A DNA stretch of 64,000 nucleotides, from NCBI RefSeq assembly GCF_055900595.2, contig NZ_CM148325.1. The stretch is one strand, 5' to 3'. The notes under the pieces were generated by a model. The model was not told the DNA's origin and ran no database searches. It worked only from the letters and a program-made list of their open reading frames with translations. Made by a program: the position numbers and the translations under genes. Every line of letters begins with the position of its first letter. The stretch's first letter is position 1. Positions 1-13,181 of this stretch are shown one piece after another.

Positions 1-61
1 CCTTATGCAAAGATTCATAATCCAGACCATCGAGATGGCAGTGTGAGTCGACTAAAAACAT
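1..61 (-). CDS. ycfH: TatD-family hydrolase YcfH, N-terminal 20 codons only (gene continues past window start)
   Basis: Reverse complement of 1..61 translates MFLVDSHCHLDGLDYESLHK, the remembered YcfH N-terminus; position immediately downstream of holB matches conserved order. Confidence 0.8.
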   Translation of the reverse strand, partial: MFLVDSHCHLDGLDYESLHK

Positions 62-71
62 GATGTCTCTC

Positions 72-1076
72 TTAAAGATGAGGAACCGGTAGCACAACGC
101 CCGGTTGCAGGTAATGCTCAATACGCAGTAAAAGATCGGTGATGAGAAGCTCTCGGTTAATACCTGTGACAGACATTAACTGTTCACGAATGTGGCAAAC
201 ATCCCCCAGTATAGCCTGCAGACGCGAGGGAGAAAGATGGTTTGCCAGTTCGACGACCAGGCCCGGCACATCAACATTGGTAACCTGCGCAGCGCCATGA
301 TGGCGTTTTAGCGCATCCATCAGCAACGTTGCCAGCCAGTGTAAACGCGCCGGAGCTTGTTCATGATTAAGGGCCGCTAGCAGCGAATACCAGTCGCCCG
401 ATTGCACGCTATATGCCAGCGCCTGACACAATGTTTCACGAGCCTGCCAGATATCTCCCTGAAACAACGCCAGTGCCGCACCAGGCGAACCGGCGCTTAA
501 GCGCAATGCGGCAAGTAATGCATCCTGTGACATTGTCACTTCGCGTGAAAGCCAGGTCACGGCGTACTGTTCCGGCGGCGGCGCAAGGTAATGTAACCGA
601 CAACGACTACGTAATGTTGCCAGTAAACGTTCAGGCTCGCGGGTAGCAAGGAAAAACCAGGTTTCTGCTGGCGGCTCTTCAAGCGTTTTCAGCAATGCGT
701 TAGCCGCGGCGTCAGTCAGTAAGGCAGCATCGGTTACCCAGACAACTTTCGCACCACCTAAGCGTGCGTGCTCATTTAACTTTTCGGTGACTTCACGTAC
801 CGCATCAATGCCCAGCGCATTTTTCCCTTTTTCGGGAGCCAGGGTGTAATAATCGGGATGCGTGCCAGCCTGCATCAACTGACATCCACGACAGTGACCG
901 CAACTTTTGTGGCCCTGCGGTTGTTGGCAGAGTAAATAACGGCTCAGGGCGTAGATTAAAGCATCCTCGCCCATACCCGGTAACGCCTGAATGAGTAGCG
1001 CATGGTGACCTCTTCCGGCCTGATAGCTGGCTACCAGTTTTTCGAAATCAGGTCGTAACCATGGATACCATCTCAT
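72..1076 (-). CDS. holB: DNA polymerase III delta-prime subunit
   Basis: ORF track 72..1097; trimmed to [14 protein letters not shown] start (334 aa). Start overlaps tmk stop. Confidence 0.95.
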   Translation of the reverse strand: MRWYPWLRPDFEKLVASYQAGRGHHALLIQALPGMGEDALIYALSRYLLCQQPQGHKSCGHCRGCQLMQAGTHPDYYTLAPEKGKNALGIDAVREVTEKLNEHARLGGAKVVWVTDAALLTDAAANALLKTLEEPPAETWFFLATREPERLLATLRSRCRLHYLAPPPEQYAVTWLSREVTMSQDALLAALRLSAGSPGAALALFQGDIWQARETLCQALAYSVQSGDWYSLLAALNHEQAPARLHWLATLLMDALKRHHGAAQVTNVDVPGLVVELANHLSPSRLQAILGDVCHIREQLMSVTGINRELLITDLLLRIEHYLQPGVVLPVPHL

Positions 1077-1714
1077 GCGTCCAACTCCTTCACCCAATTG
1101 GTCACGGTAGTGCGGATTGCATCCATCACGGACTCCAGCGGCTGGGTGGCATCAATGGTATGAATGCTTTTATCTTGTGCTGCCACTTCCAGATAGCGGG
1201 CGCGGGTGCGATTAAAGAAATCGAAAGACTCTTGCTCAATACGATCCAGCTCGCCGCGCGCACGCGCGCGTTTTAAGCCAACTTCCGGGGTAACATCGAG
1301 ATAGAGCGTTAAGTCGGGGCGAAAATCCCCGAGAACAGCATCACGCAATGTTGCCAGCATATGTTGGTCAATACCACGTCCGCCGCCCTGATACGCCTGA
1401 GTGGAGAGATCGTGGCGATCGCCAATCACCCAGGTGCCGTTAGTCAGCGCAGGTTTGATGACCGTTTCTACCAGTTGAACGCGCGCGGCATAAAACATCA
1501 GAACTTCGGCTTTATCGGTAATGACTTCATCGCCTACCGATTTGATATCCAGCACCAGGCTTCTTAACTTTTCGGCAAGTTGCGTACCGCCAGGTTCCCG
1601 AGTGAAAACCATGTCGCGGATACCCAGTTGCTCGAGCGTCTCAACCACCACGTTACGCGCGGTAGTTTTGCCTGCGCCTTCCAGCCCCTCAATGACGATA
1701 TACTTACTGCGCAT
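1073..1714 (-). CDS. tmk: thymidylate kinase
   Basis: 213 aa, [19 protein letters not shown]-loop N-terminus; conserved position between mltG and holB. Confidence 0.95.
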   Translation of the reverse strand: MRSKYIVIEGLEGAGKTTARNVVVETLEQLGIRDMVFTREPGGTQLAEKLRSLVLDIKSVGDEVITDKAEVLMFYAARVQLVETVIKPALTNGTWVIGDRHDLSTQAYQGGGRGIDQHMLATLRDAVLGDFRPDLTLYLDVTPEVGLKRARARGELDRIEQESFDFFNRTRARYLEVAAQDKSIHTIDATQPLESVMDAIRTTVTNWVKELDA

Positions 1715-2726
1715 TTTTTTCCTTAAGCACTTTCAGATAATCCTGCACAGACTTGTTATGACTGGCAAGATTGGTATTAAACGTGTGACCACCTTTACCA
1801 TCGGCCACAAAATAGAGATACGGCGTTTTTGCCGGATGCGCAGCAGCCTTCAGCGAATCCGCCCCCGGCGTCGCTATCGCACCTGGCGGCAAACCGGTAA
1901 TGGTATAGGTGTTATACGCTGTCGGCGTTTCCAGGTCTGCACGAGAAAGTTTGCCATTATAACGCTCTCCCATCCCGTAAATCACGGTCGGGTCGGTCTG
2001 CAGGCGCATACCAATGCGTAAACGGTTGATAAATACCGAGGCAACCTGATCGCGTTCGCTGGAAACGGCGGTTTCTTTTTCGATAATTGATGCCATCGTC
2101 ACCAACTGGTTTTTATCTTTATAAGGCAGACCGTCAGCACGCCCTTCCCAGGCGCTATCGACCGCTTTCACCATTTTCTTGTGTGCACGCTTGAGTAACG
2201 CGACATCTGTGGTATTAGCGGTATACATCCAGGTGTCTGGCCAGAACCAACCTTCAATCCACTCCGGGTTTTCCAGTTCAAGTGCCTGCGCTACGGTGGC
2301 GTACTTATCGTCGCTCAGCGTGTGCTTGATATACGGGGCCTCACGCAATTGCTTGAGGTAATCGCTCAAACGCATCCCTTCTACCAGTCGCAGAGGGAAC
2401 TGTGCTTCTTTACCGCTTTCCAGCAATTTCAGCATCTCACGTACGGTCATCTGCGGTGTAAAGCGGTAAGTCCCGGCTTTAAAGTGAGAAAGATCCGGTT
2501 CGATACGCAGCAGCCATTGAAAAACCCGTGGGCGATTGATGATCTTATCGGCGTAAAGCTGTTCACCGAGCGCCAGACGTCCGGTCCCTGGCTTCAGGGT
2601 AAATATCGTCTCTTCTTTGATAAGCAATTTGCTGTCGGCAAGATGGCGAACCTTCCAGACGCCCACACCAGCGGCGATACCCAGTACCACCAGCAATAAC
2701 AAGATAATCAATAACACTTTTTTCAT
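1704..2726 (-). CDS. mltG: endolytic murein transglycosylase (YceG family)
   Basis: 340 aa with N-terminal membrane anchor; overlaps tmk start by 11 nt. Confidence 0.93.
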   Translation of the reverse strand: MKKVLLIILLLLVVLGIAAGVGVWKVRHLADSKLLIKEETIFTLKPGTGRLALGEQLYADKIINRPRVFQWLLRIEPDLSHFKAGTYRFTPQMTVREMLKLLESGKEAQFPLRLVEGMRLSDYLKQLREAPYIKHTLSDDKYATVAQALELENPEWIEGWFWPDTWMYTANTTDVALLKRAHKKMVKAVDSAWEGRADGLPYKDKNQLVTMASIIEKETAVSSERDQVASVFINRLRIGMRLQTDPTVIYGMGERYNGKLSRADLETPTAYNTYTITGLPPGAIATPGADSLKAAAHPAKTPYLYFVADGKGGHTFNTNLASHNKSVQDYLKVLKEKNAQ

Positions 2727-2728
2727 GA

Positions 2729-3538
2729 CTAATTCGGGCGCTCACAAAGTGGGGCTAAATATTCATATAACGTTGCTGACGAAAAGGAGACATCGCCACA
2801 GGCACGTACGGGCATCACTGGCATTAACGCATTACAAATAACCATCTCATCTGCCTGCAACGCCTCTTCCAGAGTGGCTTGCACTTCGACAAGCTGATAA
2901 GAGGATTGTGCCAGTAAACGGATACAGAATTGTCGCATAATGCCGTTAACACCTGCCTGCTCTAGTCGCGGCGTATAAACTACATTGCCCTTCCGCCAGA
3001 ACAAATTAGCCGCACAGCATTCCGTAACCCACCCTTCGCTGTCAAGGACCAGCGCCTCATCAGCGTTTGTCTGCTCAAGATGAGAGCGGATCAATACTTG
3101 TTCAAGCCGATTAAGATGTTTAATACCTGCAAGATGAGGATTGCGCCCCAGCCGCACCGGGCTTAGCGCCAACATCATCCCCTCGTTACGCAAACGATCG
3201 TAATGTGCAGGATAAGCCGTAACGGAGAGAATCCGCGTTGCCGGTCCGCTGTTCAATGTGCTGTACCCTCGCCCGCCACTACCGCGACTGATCACGACCT
3301 TCAGCACACCATTCTGCTGTTCTGCTGCCAGCGTTTTCATCTCTTGTTCAAGCTGAGGCCAGAAGTCACAGGAAATCATCAACCGCTGACAAGCATCCTG
3401 TAGTCGCTGGATATGTGCCGATAACAAACTGACTTTACCGTCGATAACTCTGGCGGTGGTAAAACAACCATCACCAAACTGCGTTGCTCGATCGCTTACT
3501 GCCAGCGATTCCTGCTTATGACCGTTAATTAAGAACAT
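2729..3538 (-). CDS. pabC: aminodeoxychorismate lyase
   Basis: 269 aa fold-type IV PLP enzyme; AAGGAG ribosome-binding site upstream of ATG at 3538. Confidence 0.93.
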   Translation of the reverse strand: MFLINGHKQESLAVSDRATQFGDGCFTTARVIDGKVSLLSAHIQRLQDACQRLMISCDFWPQLEQEMKTLAAEQQNGVLKVVISRGSGGRGYSTLNSGPATRILSVTAYPAHYDRLRNEGMMLALSPVRLGRNPHLAGIKHLNRLEQVLIRSHLEQTNADEALVLDSEGWVTECCAANLFWRKGNVVYTPRLEQAGVNGIMRQFCIRLLAQSSYQLVEVQATLEEALQADEMVICNALMPVMPVRACGDVSFSSATLYEYLAPLCERPN

Positions 3539-3645
3539 ACCGGCTCCTTATCAGAGAATTGTTAGTGTGGCAGCATGTTCACTACAGAACAAGTCGGAAT
3601 AAAAGCTAATAAATATCCTCCGGCATAGCCGGAGGTTTTTCAAAT

Positions 3646-4358
3646 GCGCCTGTAAGGCTCTGTTACCAGCCGCGCCCTAACAGGCGCATACGATCTGACA
3701 TTTGCATTCAACTTCGTTACTTACGGCCCGTAAACGGGCTGCCCGGATATGGAATCGATAACTGCTCCCCCATTTTATCCTCTTCAAGCTGGTGCTTTAT
3801 GTAGTCCTGTATCTTCGCCGTGTTCTTACCCACCGTATCGACATAGTACCCTCGGCACCAGAACTCCCTGTTTCTGTATTTGAATTTCAAATCCCCAAAC
3901 TGCTCGTAAAGCATCAGACTGCTTTTCCCTTTCAGATATCCCATAAAGCCGGATACGCTCATTTTGGGTGGGATTTCCACAAGCATATGGATATGATCTG
4001 CGCAGCACTCTGCTTCCAGAATCCGTACGCTTTTCCACTCACACAGCTTTCTCAAAATACTGCCTATCGCCCTACGCTTCTCTCCGTAAAACGCCAGTCT
4101 TCGGTATTTCGGCGCAAAAACTATGTGATATTTACAGTTCCAGCGGGTGTGCGCTAAGCTCTTTTCGTCCCCCATTGGGACCCCCTTTTGATTTCTTGTT
4201 TGACACTTGCAGTTGCCAGACCGCAAGGTGTTTTAACAAATCAAAAGGGGTTTTAATAACTGGCTCAAAGCTGAAAGCTTTCCGGAACCCCCAGCCTAGC
4301 TGGGGGTTTTCTGTGCACAAGAAAAAAGGCCCGCAAGCGGACCTTTTATAAGGGTGGG
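3646..4358 (-). mobile_element. IS200-type insertion sequence (IS200/IS605 family, tnpA only); boundaries approximate (about +/-40 bp)
   Basis: Intact Y1/HuH transposase ORF, stem-loop sequestering its ribosome-binding site (around 4180..4240), perfect palindrome AACCCCCAGCCTAGCTGGGGGTT at 4284..4306, imperfect hairpins near both ends. The fabF-pabC gap is 830 bp here versus roughly 120 bp as I recall for K-12. Confidence 0.75.
3717..4175 (-). CDS. tnpA: IS200 transposase TnpA (Y1 HuH single-strand transposase)
   Basis: 152 aa from MGDEKSLAHTRWNCKYHIVFAPKYRR, with HIHMLVEIPP HuH motif and catalytic-Tyr region; ORF track begins 17 codons upstream. Confidence 0.9.
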   Translation of the reverse strand: MGDEKSLAHTRWNCKYHIVFAPKYRRLAFYGEKRRAIGSILRKLCEWKSVRILEAECCADHIHMLVEIPPKMSVSGFMGYLKGKSSLMLYEQFGDLKFKYRNREFWCRGYYVDTVGKNTAKIQDYIKHQLEEDKMGEQLSIPYPGSPFTGRK

Positions 4359-4368
4359 AAATGACAAC

Positions 4369-5640
<1,272 letters not shown>

Positions 5641-5697
5641 CTAGTGGGACAAAAAGATAAAACTCAGGCGGTCGAACGACCGCCTGGAGATGTTCAC

Positions 5698-5934
5698 TTA
5701 CGCCTGGTGGCCGTTGATGTAATCAATGGCAGCCTGAACGGTGGTGATTTTCTCAGCTTCTTCGTCCGGAATCTCAGTATCAAACTCTTCTTCCAGAGCC
5801 ATTACCAGCTCAACGGTGTCAAGAGAATCCGCGCCCAGGTCTTCAACGAAAGAAGCATTGTTGGTAACTTCTTCCTGCTTAACGCCCAGCTGTTCGCCGA
5901 TAATTTTCTTAACGCGTTCTTCGATAGTGCTCAT
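5698..5934 (-). CDS. acpP: acyl carrier protein
   Basis: 78 aa, [18 protein letters not shown] with DSLD phosphopantetheine site. Confidence 0.98.
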
Positions 5935-6144
5935 ACTCTTAAATTTCCTATCAAAACTCGCTTTCGCGATGGTTTTCGTAGTGTATAAAATGTTGAAAAA
6001 TTTGCAACTAAATCCCGGCAGGTCTTACCACGATTTTACGTTATTTTGAGGCCTTACCCCCCAATAACGCAAATCATTTTGCACTAATTATTACTCATAA
6101 CCACGCAGACTGCGCGCAACATGAGCATTTTGTGCAAATCGCGG

Positions 6145-6879
6145 TCAGACCATGTACATCCCGCCGTTCACATGCAAAGTTTCACCCGTGATGTAAGCTG
6201 CTTCGTCGGATGCCAGGAATGCAACCGCGTTGGCGATTTCCTGTGCACCGCCGAGGCGACCCGCAGGAACCTGCGCCAGGATACCCGCACGCTGGTCATC
6301 GCTCAGCGCACGTGTCATGTCCGTTTCAATAAAGCCCGGAGCAACAACGTTTACAGTAATACCGCGTGACGCAACTTCGCGCGCCAGTGATTTACTGAAG
6401 CCGATCAAGCCCGCTTTCGCCGCAGCGTAGTTGGCCTGACCGCCATTTCCCATGGTACCAACCACAGAACCGATAGTGATAATACGACCATGACGCTTTT
6501 TCATCATAGCGCGCATTACCGCTTTTGACAGACGGAAAACAGATGAAAGGTTAGTTTCGATAATATCGTTCCACTCTTCATCTTTCATTCGCATTAACAG
6601 GTTATCACGAGTGATACCGGCATTATTGACCAGGATATCCACTTCACCAAATTCTGCGCGAATTTTTTCCAGAACAGATTCGATAGATGCTGGATCGGTC
6701 ACATTCAACATCAGACCTTTACCGTTAGCACCTAAATAATCGCTGATCGCCTGAGCGCCGTTTTCACTGGTCGCAGTGCCAATAACTTTCGCGCCACGGG
6801 CTGCGAGCGTTTCAGCAATTGCGCGGCCAATTCCGCGGCTTGCACCGGTTACCAGTGCGATTTTTCCTTCAAAATTCAT
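6145..6879 (-). CDS. fabG: 3-oxoacyl-ACP reductase
   Basis: 244 aa short-chain dehydrogenase, TGASRGIG Rossmann motif. Confidence 0.97.
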   Translation of the reverse strand: MNFEGKIALVTGASRGIGRAIAETLAARGAKVIGTATSENGAQAISDYLGANGKGLMLNVTDPASIESVLEKIRAEFGEVDILVNNAGITRDNLLMRMKDEEWNDIIETNLSSVFRLSKAVMRAMMKKRHGRIITIGSVVGTMGNGGQANYAAAKAGLIGFSKSLAREVASRGITVNVVAPGFIETDMTRALSDDQRAGILAQVPAGRLGGAQEIANAVAFLASDEAAYITGETLHVNGGMYMV

Positions 6880-6891
6880 GATTTTCCTCTT

Positions 6892-7821
6892 TTATAGCTC
6901 GAGCGCCGCTGCCATCGCTGAAGGTTCGTTCAGCGCCGAGGCGGTCAGGGTGTCGACAATGCGTTTCGTCAGGCCAGTAAGCACTTTGCCCGGGCCGACT
7001 TCATAAAGATGTTCTATGCCTTGCGCTGCCATGTATTCAACAGACTTCGTCCACTGAACCGGGTTATACAACTGACGTACCAGTGCGTCACGGATGGCAT
7101 CACCATTGGTTTCGCATTTCACATCAACGTTATTCACAACAGGTACTGTTGGTGCGTTAAAGGTGATTTTTGCTAATTCTACTGCCAGTTTGTCGGCTGC
7201 CGGTTTCATCAGCGCACAGTGAGACGGTACGCTCACTGGCAACGGCAGCGCGCGTTTTGCGCCTGCAGCTTTACAGGCAGCGCCAGCACGCTCAACGGCT
7301 TCTTTATGTCCCGCAATTACCACCTGGCCTGGAGAGTTGAAGTTTACCGGAGAAACCACCTGACCTTCTGCAGCTTCTTCACACGCTTTCGCAATAGACG
7401 CATCATCCAGACCGATGATTGCCGCCATAGCGCCCGTTCCTTCCGGTACGGCTTCTTGCATGAACTTACCGCGCATCTCAACCAGACGCACCGCATCAGC
7501 GAAATCAATCACACCAGCGCAAACCAGCGCAGAGTATTCCCCGAGGCTGTGACCGGCCATCATCGCTGGTGCTTTACCGCCCTGCTGCTGCCATACGCGG
7601 TACAGCGCAACTGATGCAGTCAACAGCGCTGGCTGAGTTTGCCAGGTTTTATTAAGTTCTTCGGCTGGTCCCTGCTGAGTCAGCGCCCACAGGTCATAAC
7701 CCAGCGCCGCAGAAGCTTCAGCAAACGTTTCTTCGACAATGGGATAGCTCGCCGCCATATCAGCCAGCATTCCAACGGTTTGAGAACCCTGTCCAGGGAA
7801 CACAAATGCAAATTGCGTCAT
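6892..7821 (-). CDS. fabD: malonyl-CoA:ACP transacylase
   Basis: 309 aa, GHSLGEYSAL active-site motif. Confidence 0.97.
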   Translation of the reverse strand: MTQFAFVFPGQGSQTVGMLADMAASYPIVEETFAEASAALGYDLWALTQQGPAEELNKTWQTQPALLTASVALYRVWQQQGGKAPAMMAGHSLGEYSALVCAGVIDFADAVRLVEMRGKFMQEAVPEGTGAMAAIIGLDDASIAKACEEAAEGQVVSPVNFNSPGQVVIAGHKEAVERAGAACKAAGAKRALPLPVSVPSHCALMKPAADKLAVELAKITFNAPTVPVVNNVDVKCETNGDAIRDALVRQLYNPVQWTKSVEYMAAQGIEHLYEVGPGKVLTGLTKRIVDTLTASALNEPSAMAAALEL

Positions 7822-7836
7822 GTTTTAATCCTTATC

Positions 7837-8790
7837 CTAGAAACGAACCAGCGCGGAGCCCCAGGTGAATCCACCGCCAAAGGCTTCAAGCAGAACCAAC
7901 TGCCCCGGCTTAATGCGCCCGTCACGTACAGCTTCATCCAGCGCGCACGGGACAGAGGCCGCAGAGGTATTACCGTGGCGATCCAGCGTCACCACGACAT
8001 TGTCCATCGACATGCCGAGTTTTTTCGCCGTTGCACTGATAATACGCAGGTTAGCCTGATGCGGCACCAGCCAGTCCAGTTGAGAACGGTCAAGATTATT
8101 CGCCGCCAGCGTCTCATCAACGATGTGCGCCAGTTCCGTTACCGCAACCTTGAAGACTTCGTTGCCCGCCATCGTCAGATGAATTGAATTCTCTGGATTC
8201 ACACGGTCAGCATTAGGTAGCGTCAGCAATTCACCATAGCTACCATCAGCGTGCAGATGGGTAGAGATGATTCCCGGCTCTTCAGAGGCAGCCAACACCG
8301 CAGCGCCCGCGCCATCGCCAAAAATAATAATAGTCCCGCGATCTGTTGGATCACAGGTGCGCGCCAGTACATCGGAACCGACGACCAGAGCATACTTCAC
8401 CGCCCCAGATTTCACGTATTGATCGGCTACGCTTAACGCGTAGGTGAAACCTGCGCAGGCTGCTGCAACGTCAAATGCCGGGCAACCTTTAATACCCAAC
8501 ATGCTTTGAATCTGACATGCTGCGCTCGGGAAAGCGTGCGTAGCAGAAGTTGTTGCCACAACGATCAGGCCAATCTGGTCTTTCTCAATGCCCGCCATCT
8601 CAATTGCGCGTGTCGCCGCTTCAAAGCCCATGGTTGAAACGGTTTCGTTTGGCGCGGCAATGTGGCGTTCGCGGATACCGGTACGAGTGACAATCCACTC
8701 GTCAGAGGTGTCCACCATTTTTTCCAAATCGGCGTTTGTCCGCACTTGTTCGGGCAGATAGCTGCCAGTACCAATAATCTTCGTATACAT
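7837..8790 (-). CDS. fabH: 3-oxoacyl-ACP synthase III (KAS III)
   Basis: 317 aa, [20 protein letters not shown]-terminus. Confidence 0.97.
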
Positions 8791-8857
8791 GTACGCTCAG
8801 TCACTTTTCGGTTATATACCGTCACTTGCAAACTGCGAGTTCGCTGGCAGCGTCCTG

Positions 8858-9928
8858 CTACCGCAGAGTTCCGCTTTTGCCACCGTCCAGCAGCTCAAAA
8901 CCAGCTGGGTATACAGATTCCAGGCGAGCGGCAATTCGCTGAGGAACTTGTCGCTGCACCGCCTGCACTGCCTGTTCAATCGCGACCGCAAAAGCTCGCT
9001 GATTGGCCGCACCATGACTTTTTATCACCGTGCCGCGCAATCCTAACAGACAGGCGCCGTTATACTGGTCGGGGTTGAGGTGACTGAATCGCCTCGTCAG
9101 GCTCTTTTGTAGCCAACGCTTTAATAACAGTAGCCACCACGACCGTTTTTTCCCTTCACCCTGAGATTTCAGCAGAGAAAGGAACATCCTGACAACACCT
9201 TCCATCGTCTTTAATGTGACATTTCCTGTAAAGCCGTCACAAACCAGCACATCTGTCTTGCCAGTTAACAACTCATTGGCTTCAAGATAGCCGATATAAT
9301 TGATAGAAGGGATTGTTTTAAGCACTGCTGAGGCATCCCGAATACTGTCGAGACCCTTTACTTCTTCTTCACCAATATTGAGCAACGCCACGCGAGGATT
9401 GGGAATTTCCACCACCTCTTCAGCCAGAACTGAGCCCATAATGGCAAATTGCACCAACATTGTACTGTCACAATCGACGTTGGCCCCTAAATCGAGGACC
9501 ACCGTTTTGCCCTTTTGCTGATGCGGTAATACCGTCACCAGCGCCGGACGCTCAATCCCCTCCAGGGGCTTGAGTAATAATTTTGCCAGCCCCATCAGCG
9601 CCCCGGTATTACCAGCACTGACACAGGCTTGCGCTCGACCTTCTTTCACCAGCTCAAGGGCCACGCGCATTGAACTACCACGACTGGCGCGGATAGCTTG
9701 CGAAGGCCGGGCATCACTGGCGATAACTGACTGCGCAGGAATAATCTGCAGACGCGAACGTTGTTCAAAGTCAGCTTTAGCAAGTAATGGCGTGATGGCG
9801 TCGGGATTGCCGACTAAAAGAAGAGTGAGTTGCGAATTAGAATTCAGTGCCTGCAATGCTGCAGGCACTGTCACGGAAGGGCCAAAATCCCCTCCCATGA
9901 CATCTAACGCCAGGGTTAGACGTGTCAA
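8858..9928 (-). CDS. plsX: phosphate acyltransferase PlsX
   Basis: 356 aa, [18 protein letters not shown]-terminus. Confidence 0.95.
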
Positions 9929-10008
9929 GGTATCGTCGCCGCCCGGTTTGGTCTTTCCCCAGTTGCCTGGGGAAAATCCTCACTAAGCTTCATCACGCAG
10001 ACGCGTGA

Positions 10009-10194
<186 letters not shown>

Positions 10195-10233
10195 TCAATT
10201 ACGGTTTATCCCCGATCCAACGGGGAGCACCAA

Positions 10234-10767
<534 letters not shown>

Positions 10768-10953
10768 TTAACTTTGTAACGTCATAGAGTCAAAGAAAAA
10801 GGCAGCCTGTGGTTGCCTTTTGCCAATAATTCGCACACATTGCGGGTTACTGCTTTATTTTCGTTCAGTGCTGATAACGAACATCAACCTGCAAAACGAA
10901 GCGCATAGTTTAAAATGGCTATCATCAATACGCTATATCTGTTGGAAAAAAAT

Positions 10954-11538
10954 ATGCCTAAACTTATTTTAGCCTCCACCTCGCCCTGGCGTCGCGCTCT
11001 TCTGGAAAAACTGCAAATCTCTTTTGAATGTGCAGCACCCGAGGTCGACGAAACCCCACGCAGTGACGAATCACCGCGACAGTTGGTGCTTCGACTGGCG
11101 CAGGAAAAAGCGCAATCTCTGGCGTCACGTTATCCGGATCATTTAATTATTGGTTCAGACCAGGTATGTGTTCTTGATGGCGAAATCACCGGTAAACCGT
11201 TAACGGAAGAAAATGCCCGTCTGCAATTACGCAAAGCCAGCGGCAATATCGTCACCTTCTATACTGGCCTGGCGTTGTTTAATTCGGCGAATGGGCATCT
11301 GCAAACAGAAGTGGAGCCTTTTGACGTCCATTTCCGTCACCTGAGCGAGGCGGAGATTGATAATTACGTGCGTAAGGAGCATCCCCTGCACTGTGCGGGT
11401 AGCTTTAAGAGTGAAGGATTTGGCATTACGCTGTTTGAGCGTTTAGAAGGGCGTGACCCTAACACGCTGGTTGGTTTACCGCTAATCGCGCTGTGTCAGA
11501 TGTTACGTCGGGAAGGGAAAAATCCGCTGATGGGATAG
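10954..11538 (+). CDS. yceF: Maf-like nucleotide pyrophosphatase YceF
   Basis: ORF track 10915..11538 trimmed to [14 protein letters not shown] (194 aa). Confidence 0.9.
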
Positions 11539-11544
11539 TTTTTT

Positions 11545-11625
11545 ACGCCGGATGCAGGTATGCCGCATCCGGCAATCGGTGCTGGCTGCCTGATGCGGCG
11601 TAAACGCCTTATCAGGCCTACCGCC
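11545..11625. repeat. REP (repetitive extragenic palindrome) copies between convergent yceF and rluC
   Basis: GCCGGATGCGGCGTAAACGCCTTATC(A/C)GGCCTAC-type palindromic units. Confidence 0.7.
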
Positions 11626-11649
11626 CATTATCAGGTTTATATGCTTGTA

Positions 11650-12609
11650 TTAGCGCGCGTTACGCAGTTTCTGCAAACAACGCTTCAACCCCTCATCCAT
11701 CGGTGCTTCGATACGCATCACCTCACCGGTTCCCGGATGGGTAAACTTCAACGCTGCGGCGTGCAGGAACAGACGATTTAATCCCGTGCCTGCTTCAGTG
11801 AGCTGTCTGTCAAATTCACGGTCACCGTAGCGATCGTCAAAGGCAATCGGATGACCCGCATACTGTGTATGCACACGGATCTGATGAGTACGCCCAGTTA
11901 CCGGGCTACAACGCACCAGGGTGGCAAATGCATAGCGTTCTTCCACTTTAAAGCGTGTTTCCGACGGTTTACCTTCCTGACTCACACGCACGATACGTTC
12001 GCCACTTTGCAGAATATTTTTCAGCAACGGCGCTTGTACGCTCTTCACATGCGACTGCCACTGACCGCGCACCAGCGCCAGGTAATCTTTTTGCATCCCT
12101 TTTTCACGTAATTGCTCATGCAGAGAACGCAACGCCGAGCGTTTTTTCGCTACCAGCAACACACCGGAAGTGTCCCGGTCGAGACGATGTACCAGTTCAA
12201 GGAACCGCGCTTCCGGGCGCAACGCCCGTAAACCTTCGATAACGCCGAAGCTTAAACCACTGCCGCCATGTACTGCCGTACCGGAAGGTTTATTCAGCAC
12301 CAGGATATGCTCATCTTCATATAAGATGACGTCCGCCAGCGCCGCCACCTTTTGCAGATGTGGCGAAACCGCCTCCTCTTCACGTTCAGCAACGCGAACC
12401 GGTGGAATACGCACCTCATCACCTGCTTCGAGTTTATATTCAGGCTTAATACGTTTTTTGTTCACCCGCACTTCGCCTTTACGCAAAATACGGTAAATCA
12501 TACTTTTAGGTACGCCTTTCAATTGGGTACGCAAAAAGTTGTCGATACGTTGCCCCGCTTCGTCCGCGGTGATAGCAACAATTTTTACGGATGGAGTCTC
12601 TGTTTTCAT
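11650..12609 (-). CDS. rluC: 23S rRNA pseudouridine synthase RluC
   Basis: 319 aa, S4-like N-terminal domain plus RluA-family catalytic core. Confidence 0.95.
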   Translation of the reverse strand: MKTETPSVKIVAITADEAGQRIDNFLRTQLKGVPKSMIYRILRKGEVRVNKKRIKPEYKLEAGDEVRIPPVRVAEREEEAVSPHLQKVAALADVILYEDEHILVLNKPSGTAVHGGSGLSFGVIEGLRALRPEARFLELVHRLDRDTSGVLLVAKKRSALRSLHEQLREKGMQKDYLALVRGQWQSHVKSVQAPLLKNILQSGERIVRVSQEGKPSETRFKVEERYAFATLVRCSPVTGRTHQIRVHTQYAGHPIAFDDRYGDREFDRQLTEAGTGLNRLFLHAAALKFTHPGTGEVMRIEAPMDEGLKRCLQKLRNAR

Positions 12610-12819
12610 GGTGGGCGATTCTAATTAGCCAACAGGATTCGCGCCACTCATTTTTCTATGCTTATATTTAGTTTTGCACCTTATTACTTCACTACGTCAT
12701 CACTTTATTGATGGTTATTAAACCAATCACCATTAAGAAGTGAAAAAACTGTGAGTAAGCGGGTGATAAATGGTAAAAGTCATCTTGCTATAACAAGGCT
12801 TGCAGTGGAATAATGAGAA

Positions 12820-13181
12820 CGTTTCCGTGTCCATCCTTGTTAAAACAAGAAATTTTACGGAATAACCCATTTTGCCCGACCGATCATCCACGCAGCAATG
12901 GCGTAAGACGTATTGATCTTTCAGGCAGTTAGCGGGCTGCGGGTTGCAGTCCTTACCGGTAGATGGAAATATTTCTGGAGAGTAATACCCAGTCTGTTTC
13001 TTTGATAATTGCGCTGTTTTTCCGCATGAAAAACGGGCAACCGACACTCTGCGCCTCTTTGAGCTGACGATAACCGTGAGGTTGGCGACGCGACTAGACA
13101 CGAGGCCATCGGTTCACACCCGGAAAGGCGTTACTTTGCCCGCAGCTTAGTCGTCAATGTAAGAATAATGAGTAAGTTACG
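12820..13181 (+). promoter_or_regulatory. rne promoter and long structured 5' leader (RNase E autoregulation); extent approximate
   Basis: 572-bp divergent rluC/rne spacer; leader length of about 360 nt is from established knowledge of rne, not measured here. Confidence 0.5.

Noticed and set aside
7639-8187. 182-aa plus-strand ORF, representative of many 100-200 aa antisense ORFs (also 1521..2021, 21324..21920, 44543..45115)
   Set aside because: Each lies entirely within a well-supported gene on the opposite strand (fabH, tmk/mltG, flgH, opgH) and lacks a plausible start context.
12733-13101. 122-aa minus-strand ORF in the rluC-rne spacer
   Set aside because: Lies within the rne leader/promoter region and looks non-protein-like; some annotations list a hypothetical gene here, but I found no coding support in the sequence.
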